Source of the DNA: an uncultured virus (IMG/VR IMGVR_UViG_3300023081_000006)
Lineage: Duplodnaviria; Heunggongvirae; Uroviricota; Caudoviricetes
DNA: 64,000 nt
Virus record (IMG/VR): IMGVR_UViG_3300023081_000006
Reading direction: 5' to 3' (one strand)
Below the pieces are notes generated by a model that worked only from the letters and a program-made list of their open reading frames with translations, was not told the origin of the DNA and did not search any database. A program made the position numbers and the translations under genes. Below, piece by piece: positions 55,884 through 64,000 of this stretch. Positions within the stretch are counted from its first letter, which is position 1; each line of letters starts with the position of its first letter.

Positions 55884-57351
55884 TACCAAGTATACCCAAG
55901 TCCAAGTAAATAATTTTTACACTCAAGCAAAAAACTTGATAAAGGATCCTTTTGAGTTTGTTGTCTTTACTACACAAGAAGAACTAGATGAAATGGTAGA
56001 GACAAACAAAATCAAAGGGTATGCCATGCCCTTTAAAATACATGTACCGAAATATGGACATGAATGGTTAGAGATAGATTTAATAAAACATACACCAAAA
56101 TATGGCGTATCTTTATTTGTTACACCCAATATTCTTTTAAACAATCCAGAGAAAATCCTGGAGTATAAAACTGCTGGTATAGACAAGTGTATTATGCAAG
56201 ACGGCAATGTTGCATACTTCGTTAACCATAACAAATTTGTTAGCAACGTTTTACAAAAATGGGAAAGAGAAGAAAACGATTTAACTTTTTATAATCACGA
56301 ATTTAAACAAGAATTTCAAGTTAATGAAATGGATACTTTACCATTTCTAAATTCTAAAAATAAAGAATATCCTGTAAGTCTAGATGATCCTATAGTAGCT
56401 TTTCCTTTTTGGTATACACATAAAGTTGACAGCTATATAGAATCCTGTTATAATAGATCTACAGATTTATATCCATATCTACCGAGAGCACTTGAAATAG
56501 AAATATGTGGATTTACTGTAGAAGAAATAAAAAATATCTTTACTGAGGACTATACAAATTTAGCTAGAATGTCTAAAATAGTATTATCCAATGATGAAGA
56601 AGAACCCACTAACTGTAAAGACTTTTATGATATATGTGAATATCTAATGGAAACAAGAAATATTAGTATTGACTTACTAACAGATTTAACAAACTTTGAC
56701 AAGTATTGGTGGGGAACAGTAGGCATACTATTTAAAAATATGGGAAACATCACAGTAACCATAAACGACATATATAATAGAGAAATAGAAAAACAGATGT
56801 CAAATGCTGAGGCATTGTTACAAAGTGGAGCTAGAGTATTTTGGCAATACACTAGAACAACACAAACAGATGAGGACATAGAGAAAGCTAAAGCACTTTC
56901 TAAAAAACATAAGTTCTCAGGATTTAACTTTATTGAAAATAAAGTCGAAGAAAAAATAAATGTAGTAGAGGTAGAGGAAAAAGAAGACTTGCCTGACTAC
57001 AAGTTAATAGAGTTGGAGACAATCAAACTTAGGCAAAAAGACGCTGAGTATTTAGACGTTAAGGTAAAATTTGATAAACAAGTAAGATGCTTAGCAAAAA
57101 TAGAAAACAAGGCCTATATTGATAAAGAAGGAAACGTTTTTCCATGTGTATTTACTGCTAAAAACATATTAGTAGCAAAAATAAATCCTTACGAGGAAAC
57201 AGATATTTTGTACGATTGGAAAAGTAATAACTGTAAAGTACACGGATTGAAAAAAATATTCACTAACAAATTTTTCACATCTTACTTTACCAACAAACTA
57301 AAATTAGATCCTAGTCTAATTTGTAATAAAAAATGTGGAGTATTAAAATGA
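55852..57351 (+). CDS. Fusion of degenerate GT-like, degenerate radical-SAM-like and SPASM-like domains
   Basis: N-terminus aligns with the neighbouring GTs but lacks DxD; no CxxxCxxC; C-terminal C...YIDKEGNVFPC...CNKKC. Confidence 0.6.
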   Translation: MELTLIANLLDTKYTQVQVNNFYTQAKNLIKDPFEFVVFTTQEELDEMVETNKIKGYAMPFKIHVPKYGHEWLEIDLIKHTPKYGVSLFVTPNILLNNPEKILEYKTAGIDKCIMQDGNVAYFVNHNKFVSNVLQKWEREENDLTFYNHEFKQEFQVNEMDTLPFLNSKNKEYPVSLDDPIVAFPFWYTHKVDSYIESCYNRSTDLYPYLPRALEIEICGFTVEEIKNIFTEDYTNLARMSKIVLSNDEEEPTNCKDFYDICEYLMETRNISIDLLTDLTNFDKYWWGTVGILFKNMGNITVTINDIYNREIEKQMSNAEALLQSGARVFWQYTRTTQTDEDIEKAKALSKKHKFSGFNFIENKVEEKINVVEVEEKEDLPDYKLIELETIKLRQKDAEYLDVKVKFDKQVRCLAKIENKAYIDKEGNVFPCVFTAKNILVAKINPYEETDILYDWKSNNCKVHGLKKIFTNKFFTSYFTNKLKLDPSLICNKKCGVLK

Positions 57352-57590
57352 ACACGACAAGAGAAATAAGAAAGTCAACCGCATATATGGGTTCCTTTAA
57401 TGATTGGAATAATGAGGATACAGACTTCGTTATTGATTCTGTAAGAGGAGGCAGGTTTGTTTCTATTGTAGTTAAAGGTCCCAGGGAACAGTTTGACGAT
57501 ACATCTAGCAATATTGTATGTGAACTTGTAAATTATGGTTTGATGTACGGCAGAGACTTTATTCTACAAAACCTGACGGAGACATCATGA
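57348..57590 (+). CDS. Hypothetical protein
   Basis: SD GGAG; ATGA overlaps on both sides. Confidence 0.65.
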   Translation: MNTTREIRKSTAYMGSFNDWNNEDTDFVIDSVRGGRFVSIVVKGPREQFDDTSSNIVCELVNYGLMYGRDFILQNLTETS

Positions 57591-58399
57591 GAGTAAATGT
57601 CGTATGTTGTAAATGGGGAACCAGGTATGGTCCTCACTATGTTAATCGTTTATATAACATGTCTAAAAAGAATATAAACGATAAGCACGAGTTTCATTTT
57701 TACTGTTATACAGACGACAGCGAGGGCCTATTAGATGACATTAAAGTTATACCATTTCCTGATATTCCTAATATCCATCCTAAGTATTGGTTTGGCAGCG
57801 ATGATTTCAAGTTTGGAATGGCAAGGTGCTGGGACAGGCCTAAAACATTTATTTTTAATACGCATAACTTTGCTGATGATAAGCCTCATGGCCGCTTTAT
57901 CTTTTTTGATTTAGACGTTGTAATACAAAGAGATTTAGAACCTGTTCTAACTTACAATATGGAACGTCCAACAAAAATGAGATCTTGGTGGCAGGATCCT
58001 CGCCCAATGAAAACAAGAAGATTTAAGTTAGCACATGGAGCGCATACCAACGGCTCTTGTCAGGTATGGAGCGATGATCAATGTGAGGTAATATGGGAAG
58101 ATGTATTACAAAACCAAGATAAAATATGGTTCACTTATACAGACGGAACAGATAATTATCACAGTTGGAAGTGGAGAGACTTATGGGATCACTTTCCCTC
58201 AGAATTTGCCTACTCCTATAACAGAGGAAGGGACTGGGAGTCAGGTGATTTAGAAGTTGGTATATATAGGGAAGGTTGCATTCTTTGCGTATTTAATGTG
58301 GACATACTTCCTTTTGAGGATAACAGTCGAGGACATGTAAAACAAGATGACCTCGCAGATCCTAAATTATTAAAGCATTGGACAGTGAATGAACTTTGA
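57587..58399 (+). CDS. GT-A glycosyltransferase-like protein, paralogue 3
   Basis: CCKWGTRY, CYTDD, FFDLDV, NGSCQVW, GTDNY, YSYN. Confidence 0.8.
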   Translation: MRVNVVCCKWGTRYGPHYVNRLYNMSKKNINDKHEFHFYCYTDDSEGLLDDIKVIPFPDIPNIHPKYWFGSDDFKFGMARCWDRPKTFIFNTHNFADDKPHGRFIFFDLDVVIQRDLEPVLTYNMERPTKMRSWWQDPRPMKTRRFKLAHGAHTNGSCQVWSDDQCEVIWEDVLQNQDKIWFTYTDGTDNYHSWKWRDLWDHFPSEFAYSYNRGRDWESGDLEVGIYREGCILCVFNVDILPFEDNSRGHVKQDDLADPKLLKHWTVNEL

Positions 58400-59009
58400 A
58401 GAAATTGTAAAGTTAAGTCCTGAAATAAGTAATGTTTTTGATTATGAAGTATTTGAAAATGTTATTAACTTGTTGGGCAAAGACGAAGTACATATACTAG
58501 AAATTGGAAGTTGGAAAGGAGCGTCTGCAGTTGCTTGGTCCGAGATTTGTATTAAAAAGGGAATAAAGTATTCTGTGGAATGTTTAGACTGTTGGGATAA
58601 TAGTCCAACAACAACATCAAATTTTGTCTGGAAAATGTTTGAGGAAGAGAAAGGACAAAACAAAAAAAATTATGAGTGTTTTTTAAAGAACACGAAAGAC
58701 TACAATATTAGTCATAAGAAGATTCCTTACAGCTACCCAATATTTTGGAACGAACACCGAGCCAGTAGAGGGACTTACGATATAGTGTATTATGATGCAG
58801 CACATGACAAAAACTCTACTTTTAATAGTTTAATCTACTGGTCGCCTAAAGCAAGTTACATGGTTGTAGATGATTATTTTGAAGGTTTTGATAAACAACA
58901 ATTATGGCAAAAAGAATGTACTATAGGTATTAATTTAGCAGCAGATTATTTAGGAAAAACAATAGTCAAACAATCTGCAACAAACAAAGTGATATATTGG
59001 GAATGTTAA
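58389..59009 (+). CDS. Class I SAM-dependent methyltransferase (Methyltransf_24-like)
   Basis: LEIGSWKGAS, YDAAH, VDDY. Confidence 0.82.
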   Translation: MNFEEIVKLSPEISNVFDYEVFENVINLLGKDEVHILEIGSWKGASAVAWSEICIKKGIKYSVECLDCWDNSPTTTSNFVWKMFEEEKGQNKKNYECFLKNTKDYNISHKKIPYSYPIFWNEHRASRGTYDIVYYDAAHDKNSTFNSLIYWSPKASYMVVDDYFEGFDKQQLWQKECTIGINLAADYLGKTIVKQSATNKVIYWEC

Positions 59010-59686
59010 ACATCTATACAGTTAAATGGGGAACAAAATATTCCCCCAAGCACGTTGAGGCTATTTACAATAGTTGTAAAAAGTTTATAACCTGCGACTT
59101 TAATTTTTATTGTTTAACAGAAGATCCTAAAAACTTACACGAGGATATAAAAGTTATTCCATTGCCAAACGATAATAAATTAGAAGTTTGGTGGAATAAA
59201 ATGTATTTGTTTGATGAGAATGTTGTAAGACAAAAAGGAGAAAAATTATTCTTTGACTTAGACATTATTATACAAAGAAATATAGATGAGCTTGTTAATT
59301 ACGACCCCGAGGATTGTTTGTGCTTTTTAAAAACACATTGGCACGACATGGAAACGCAGTATAAAGAAACAAGGCATATACCTCATAAGTATACAGACTT
59401 AAACTCTTCTGTATTACGTTGGAACGACAATTTAAATACAGAAGAAATAACATTGTATTTTAAAAAACATATAAAACAAATTTTATGGTATTATAGAGGA
59501 ATAGATAATTTTTTCCACCATCGTGGTGTGGCTAGAATTAAATATTTTCCTATAGGATGGGCATATAGTTATAACGTAGGATATATATACCCACATGATA
59601 TAGAAACACACGTCTATAGACAAATTCCCTACGTTTGTCTATTTGACTCAATGGGAAGAAAAGAAGATGTCAAACTTGAACTTTAA
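59003..59686 (+). CDS. GT-A glycosyltransferase-like protein, paralogue 4
   Basis: VKWGTKY, CLTED, WWNKM, FFDLDI, NSSVLRW, GIDNF, YSYN. Confidence 0.8.
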   Translation: MLNIYTVKWGTKYSPKHVEAIYNSCKKFITCDFNFYCLTEDPKNLHEDIKVIPLPNDNKLEVWWNKMYLFDENVVRQKGEKLFFDLDIIIQRNIDELVNYDPEDCLCFLKTHWHDMETQYKETRHIPHKYTDLNSSVLRWNDNLNTEEITLYFKKHIKQILWYYRGIDNFFHHRGVARIKYFPIGWAYSYNVGYIYPHDIETHVYRQIPYVCLFDSMGRKEDVKLEL

Positions 59687-60344
59687 TTTTTTAAACAATT
59701 TAAAACATTGGGGAGATGGCTTAGCTAAGGTAGAACATGAAATGCCCCACAAGCATGATGACTTTAGACAGTCTCTGAACCCAAATACAATGGAAGGTGC
59801 TATTTGGTTAGTCGAAGAACTTAAAAAAGTTTTAGACGAACACTATATGAAAGAAAGCGACTTTAATATATTAGTCCTTAATTCTTGGCTAGGTGTTCCA
59901 CTTGTTCCTTTATTGTGTGAAAATTTATCTGTAGGACAATTACACTTAGTTGATATAGACCCCGAGGCTTTAGAACTTTCTAAAGTATTTAACTCGCATT
60001 ATATAACAGAAGAATTTATTAAAATACAACACTGGAACCTAGATGTTCCGTTTGCTTTTGATGAATTAAATCAACTGAACGTAGATGTTGTTATCTCTTT
60101 AGGGTGTGAACAAATGTATCCTTTACAAGAACTAATAACAGCTAACAAACACGCAATATTTGCTTGTCAGTCTTCTAATGTTATTGAGGAAATGTACGGT
60201 ATTAATTGTGTTGATACTACAGAAGCACTAATTGAAAACGTTGGGCTAGAAGAAGTATATAGTTCTGGAAAAACAATTCAATACTATTATTCTTGGGACG
60301 GTAAAAAGTTTTACGATAGATTCCAAGTTATTGGAAAAAAATAA
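59667..60344 (+). CDS. Methyltransferase-fold protein (divergent motif I)
   Basis: ILVLNSWLG, LVDID, GCEQM, INCV, RFQVIG. Confidence 0.55.
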   Translation: MSNLNFNFLNNLKHWGDGLAKVEHEMPHKHDDFRQSLNPNTMEGAIWLVEELKKVLDEHYMKESDFNILVLNSWLGVPLVPLLCENLSVGQLHLVDIDPEALELSKVFNSHYITEEFIKIQHWNLDVPFAFDELNQLNVDVVISLGCEQMYPLQELITANKHAIFACQSSNVIEEMYGINCVDTTEALIENVGLEEVYSSGKTIQYYYSWDGKKFYDRFQVIGKK

Positions 60345-60345
60345 T

Positions 60346-60353
60346 TATAAATA
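60346..60353 (+). promoter_or_regulatory. Late promoter TATAAATA immediately before iscA
   Basis: Exact consensus ending 5 nt before ATG 60359. Confidence 0.6.
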
Positions 60354-60358
60354 TTTTT

Positions 60359-60742
60359 ATGTCTAGCGTAATCGAAATCACAGATAATGCGATACAGAAA
60401 CTTCTTGAAAAACAAGAAAAAGACGGCTTTAAAAACATCCGACTCGGAATTACAGGCGGAGGTTGCGCTGGCTTTGAATACGTTTTCGACTCTATTAATG
60501 ATAACGGCGATGTGTCTGATGATATATTTGTTGATTATGGTAGGTTCGGCGTAGTAATAGATAAAGTATCTATACCTTACATAGTGGGAATGACATTAGA
60601 TTGGCAAACAGAAGGTCTAAATGAATTTTTTAAATTTGTAAACCCTAAGGAAAAGGATTCTTGTGGGTGTGGGGTGAGTATAAACTTTGACTTAGAACAA
60701 GTTGAAATAGATACAAATAAAATTACAGCAATAAATATTTAA
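60359..60742 (+). CDS. iscA: Fe-S cluster assembly A-type carrier (IscA/HesB family)
   Basis: GGGCAGFEY, NP...SCGCGVS. Confidence 0.92.
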   Translation: MSSVIEITDNAIQKLLEKQEKDGFKNIRLGITGGGCAGFEYVFDSINDNGDVSDDIFVDYGRFGVVIDKVSIPYIVGMTLDWQTEGLNEFFKFVNPKEKDSCGCGVSINFDLEQVEIDTNKITAINI

Positions 60743-61389
60743 CTAAACATCGAGGCGTCTTCCCCAGATATGTCCTCAATCATATTTCTCCACATATCTG
60801 CATTAGGAATAACAAACCCTAAAGTTACACGTGGCTCATGTGAGCCAGCACAATGATAATAAACTTTGTCTGGCTCTCTTCCCCTTCCGTAATAACCAAC
60901 CTTAGCAGTCCAGCCAGGCTTATCTTTCATTGTTATTATTTCGTGTGTCAACGGATCTCTATATCTAAAAAATCCGTTTCCATTAGGAGTACAAGATAAC
61001 AAAATATTATAACCATGTGCATTCCAATTATTATGCCATCCCATGAAACCATCTTTAGGATAAAAAACTTGAACTGCTTGATTTCTAGCACCTAAATAAG
61101 AACAAAGCTCTTGATTAAGTTTTTGACAGGCTTCCCTGTGTTCTCTAGGTGCTCTTCCATCCATTAAAATATCTATGGATCTAGTATGTTCTGGATATCC
61201 TATGTGTTCTCCATCTTTTTCTACAATCATTTTAAGATACTCTTCACCGCAGGCAGTCTCTAAAGTTTCATCTCCTGCTCTTTTAGTATCTATAGATTGC
61301 TCTAGTTCAGTTAAGTCTTGAGAAAAGAACCAATCTGAATATGGTGTTAGAATTTCTAATAATTCTTCACCGACGTTTATCCATCTCAT
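60739..61389 (-). CDS. Cupin/2OG-oxygenase-like protein
   Basis: YPKDGFMGWHNN, YHCA, RVTLG. Confidence 0.55.
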   Translation of the reverse strand: MRWINVGEELLEILTPYSDWFFSQDLTELEQSIDTKRAGDETLETACGEEYLKMIVEKDGEHIGYPEHTRSIDILMDGRAPREHREACQKLNQELCSYLGARNQAVQVFYPKDGFMGWHNNWNAHGYNILLSCTPNGNGFFRYRDPLTHEIITMKDKPGWTAKVGYYGRGREPDKVYYHCAGSHEPRVTLGFVIPNADMWRNMIEDISGEDASMFS

Positions 61390-62120
61390 CTAGCATCCAA
61401 GTCCCATTGCGGGATAGTGTAGTGATACAAAACTCTTTCTGTATCTCCTAGTTCTTCAACCTTGTAACCGTTAACAAAGTTCCAACGAGCATCTGGCTCG
61501 TCTATAAATCCCCAATCTACTCCGTGATCACTGTAAGTGAGAAGCCTCCACATTGTAAAGGTATCCCACTTTATAGAGTCTCTTGGATAATGAGCAATGT
61601 CATAATCAGGTTCCTGTTGATGACAATACTCTCCCCACCAAGCACTCATTAAAGCTAATGTTTGTGGTTTGTCATTGTATATAAACCAACCACAATGTGC
61701 AGTCATTTCTTCTGAATTAGAAAGTCTGGTTAATTTAGCATTGTATGGACGTATCTTTGTAAATACTAAGTCCTTATCTCCTAGTAGTTTAAAGATATCC
61801 TTAATGTCCTCATGCTCGCAATACATGTCGCAATCTAGATAACATGTAGTTTCATATGGTGTATGTTCCAAAGCCCATAGCTTTGCCCTAACGTGCCTAG
61901 GAACCTCCCATGTAATTACGTTCTCAAATAATTGATAATCCCCTGTCCCCAAAGCACACTCAGGACTAGTCTGGTCTATCCAACGCTCCTCAGTAAACAG
62001 AGTTATTCTTGCCTCGGGCCAAAAGTCTAAAATAGATTCAGCTAGTTTTACTGCCGCTTTATAGTATCCTACTCTGTTTGTTGCAACTAAAACAAACCCT
62101 TCGCCTTTACGCTTTGCCAT
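61386..62120 (-). CDS. GT-A (GT8-like) glycosyltransferase
   Basis: TPYETTCYLDCD (DxD), WDTF, RWNF, YHY. Confidence 0.78.
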   Translation of the reverse strand: MAKRKGEGFVLVATNRVGYYKAAVKLAESILDFWPEARITLFTEERWIDQTSPECALGTGDYQLFENVITWEVPRHVRAKLWALEHTPYETTCYLDCDMYCEHEDIKDIFKLLGDKDLVFTKIRPYNAKLTRLSNSEEMTAHCGWFIYNDKPQTLALMSAWWGEYCHQQEPDYDIAHYPRDSIKWDTFTMWRLLTYSDHGVDWGFIDEPDARWNFVNGYKVEELGDTERVLYHYTIPQWDLDAR

Positions 62121-62757
62121 TGTCCAATGCCTTCTGCATAATAATAGATGATATAATTAAAACCTCAGTAACGCTTTCTGCACTATGTAATCTTTGCTTT
62201 AGTTTATCTCTAGATGCTTTTATTTCTGGAATTTCTAAGGCATCCATTTTTGCTTGTACAATGGGATCCTGCTTTCTTTCTTTATCTAATAACAAAGTTG
62301 TGAAAGCGGAAACTTCCATTGGGGACTTAGCTCTTCGGATAAGTTTTTTGTACTCTGTGTCTTTAGAGTTTTTAATTTCTGCAATCTCAAAGGCTTCAAG
62401 TTTAGCTCCAAATAATCCCTCTTGCTTTGCTCTTGCCGCTTCTGCTTCACGCCTTTCCATTGAGCGACGAACATTTTCGTTTCTTCTCTTTAAACCTTCA
62501 TCTGTATTTTTATCTATCTGCTCAATAGTAAACTCTTCCATAATCCTTTGATAATCTGGATTACTGCCATCCTTATCCATTATAGATGCAAGATGACGTC
62601 TTCCATCAGGATGAACTATTGTAACAATAATGTGCTTGGCATCCTTATTGGACCAATAAGGATATTCGAATTTGAGAGGATCTTTATTTGCTTTTTTAGG
62701 ATCGACTAAATCTACTTTGACATCTTTGATATCAAATTTCTTTTTTCGTCTTGCCAT
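62107..62757 (-). CDS. Hypothetical protein (possible fibre assembly chaperone) with a duplicated C-terminal motif
   Basis: AKLEAFEIAEIKNSKD and AKMDALEIPEIKASRD repeats; directly downstream of the fibre gene. Confidence 0.6.
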   Translation of the reverse strand: MARRKKKFDIKDVKVDLVDPKKANKDPLKFEYPYWSNKDAKHIIVTIVHPDGRRHLASIMDKDGSNPDYQRIMEEFTIEQIDKNTDEGLKRRNENVRRSMERREAEAARAKQEGLFGAKLEAFEIAEIKNSKDTEYKKLIRRAKSPMEVSAFTTLLLDKERKQDPIVQAKMDALEIPEIKASRDKLKQRLHSAESVTEVLIISSIIMQKALDNGKA

Positions 62758-62789
62758 TTATTCACTCCATTATGTAGAATATAATTTAC

Positions 62790-62818
62790 ATTATATGATA
62801 TATATAATGTTTTGTCAA
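62790..62818 (-). promoter_or_regulatory. Sigma70-type promoter
   Basis: TTGACA-17 bp-TATAAT, perfect consensus. Confidence 0.88.
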
Positions 62819-62825
62819 GTATTTT

Positions 62826-64000
62826 TTATGCTGTCCTTATCCAAAGCTTAATGCTAGATACTGTTTCAGTAGTTGCCTGAATCGTGTCACCTGCATAAGT
62901 TCCACTATAGTAACCTGTATAAGTCCCAGTATAACTTCCTGAATAAGCAGATGTTCCAACGTAGTGGCCTGTATATGTTCCACTATAGTATCCTGTATAA
63001 GTTCCAGAATAAGTAGAAGTTCCTACGTAGTTGCCTGTGAAATATCCAGTGTAAGTGCCGGTGTAATAACCTGTATAAGTTTTAGGTCCTGTGTAATAAC
63101 CTGTATATGTTCCACTATAGTATCCTGTATATGTAGCATGTGCATATCCAGAGTAATAAAGAACATAGTTGCCTTGATAAGAACCAGAGTAAGATCCAGA
63201 ATACCCAGAAGTACCAACATAGTTACCTTGATAAGAACCGGAATAGTTGCCTGAGTAGTTTCCAGAATATGTTTTGGAACCAACATAACCACCAACATAG
63301 TTACCTGCATAAGAACCGGAATAGTTTCCGGAATATGTTTTCGCACCTACGTAAGCACCTACATAAGAACCAGAATAATTACCTGTGTATGCTCCTACGT
63401 AGTTTTCAGATGCAACCTCTTGTCTTGTATCATCAAACTGTGATCCCATCTGTACCCAAGTTCCACCAGACGTCGGCGCCGTTGCTTGAACTTTATATGT
63501 GCCTACGCCGGTATCAATAATTCTATTTCTAAAGTTAGGAACCATCTGCTCAATTTCTGCTGCTGTCATCTGTGTAATAGATGATCCATCTGTTTTAACA
63601 GAAGCTAAATCAGAGTTTGCAGATGATGTGGGTGCTGTTTTTTGCCAAAGATATGTGTTATTATTTCCGCCTTGTGCGGTATCTGTGATCGTATATCTAG
63701 AAGTCCAAGTACCACCTGTAGGGGCAGATGGTTGCAACACATACTGTCCAACAGTATAATCAGATTCAGAAACCATATCAGACAATGCTTTATCTAAAAT
63801 ATCTGTATCAATGGCAGAATCAGACATTTGTTTTACACCTGAATCATAACCCGCAGGTCTTGCAGTAATACTTTCTGAGGCCGCAGATGTAACCTGTTTA
63901 AAGGTATATGTGTTACTACTTGTAGCTCCTGCTGTAGGATGTGAGCCTATCGAATCTTGTCTAATAGTATTTGTAAAAGTACCTATAGATGTACCAGAAG
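62826..64000 (-). CDS. Fibre-like virion protein with Y-x-G-x repeat region, partial (5' end outside the window)
   Basis: The frame stays open from the track's ATG at 63827 to the window end (SGTSIGTFTNTIRQ...GVKQMSDS); S/T/G-rich. Confidence 0.8.
   Translation of the reverse strand, partial: SGTSIGTFTNTIRQDSIGSHPTAGATSSNTYTFKQVTSAASESITARPAGYDSGVKQMSDSAIDTDILDKALSDMVSESDYTVGQYVLQPSAPTGGTWTSRYTITDTAQGGNNNTYLWQKTAPTSSANSDLASVKTDGSSITQMTAAEIEQMVPNFRNRIIDTGVGTYKVQATAPTSGGTWVQMGSQFDDTRQEVASENYVGAYTGNYSGSYVGAYVGAKTYSGNYSGSYAGNYVGGYVGSKTYSGNYSGNYSGSYQGNYVGTSGYSGSYSGSYQGNYVLYYSGYAHATYTGYYSGTYTGYYTGPKTYTGYYTGTYTGYFTGNYVGTSTYSGTYTGYYSGTYTGHYVGTSAYSGSYTGTYTGYYSGTYAGDTIQATTETVSSIKLWIRTA
62889..63404 (-). 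repeat. Y-x-G-x tetrapeptide repeat array (12 bp period) in 22 aa blocks
   Basis: About 39 x-Y-x-G units, interrupted by AKT, SKT, TSG, PKT, TST and TSA spacers. Confidence 0.92.

Noticed and set aside
62889..63404. Short-period repeats as a CRISPR array or DGR template/variable repeat
   Set aside because: The period is 12 bp and in frame, with no unique spacers; no cas or reverse transcriptase gene in the window.
1..64000. Stop-codon reassignment
   Set aside because: Core genes are full length under the standard code, and TAA, TAG and TGA all occur at gene ends.
1..64000. tRNA or other known structured RNA genes in intergenic gaps
   Set aside because: Gaps are short and explained by promoters, terminators or micro-ORFs; no cloverleaf recognised by eye. 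tRNAscan-SE or Infernal would be decisive.

Overview
A 64 kb segment of a T4-like (myovirus) phage genome. The host is probably an aquatic heterotrophic bacterium (inference: sigma70 consensus promoters, no photosynthesis genes in the window). Almost all genes are on the minus strand. The left part is the replication/recombination module (gp41, uvsX, gp43, regA, gp62/44/45, gp46/47, gp55, uvsW, uvsY), interspersed with auxiliary genes (2OG oxygenases, radical SAM, SDR, UDP-glucose dehydrogenase, Hsp20, peroxiredoxin, CobS/CobT-like pair, lysozyme, ClpP, peptide deformylase, glutaredoxin). Between gp47 and gp55, the slot that holds alpha-glucosyltransferase in T4, lies a 7-deazaguanine DNA-modification cluster (queE, PRTase, folE, exonuclease, dpdA/TGT-like, DpdL-like T-fold protein, GT-B glycosyltransferase, queD; no queC in the window). 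This is the best candidate for an undescribed system: a glycosylated deazaguanine hypermodification. The virion module follows (gp3, gp23-gp13), then modular fibre-like genes, an inverted plus-strand island of paralogous GT-A glycosyltransferases and methyltransferases ending in iscA, and a partial fibre gene with a symmetric Y-x-G-x repeat. Regulatory signals read directly from the sequence: sigma70 promoters, gp55-type TATAAATA late promoters, a ROSE-like RNA thermometer on hsp20, a perfect antisense sigma70 promoter upstream of gp55, and a 51 bp duplicated promoter cassette. No tRNA, rRNA, CRISPR array, intron or intein was recognised. All product calls come from motif recognition and synteny, not from database searches.
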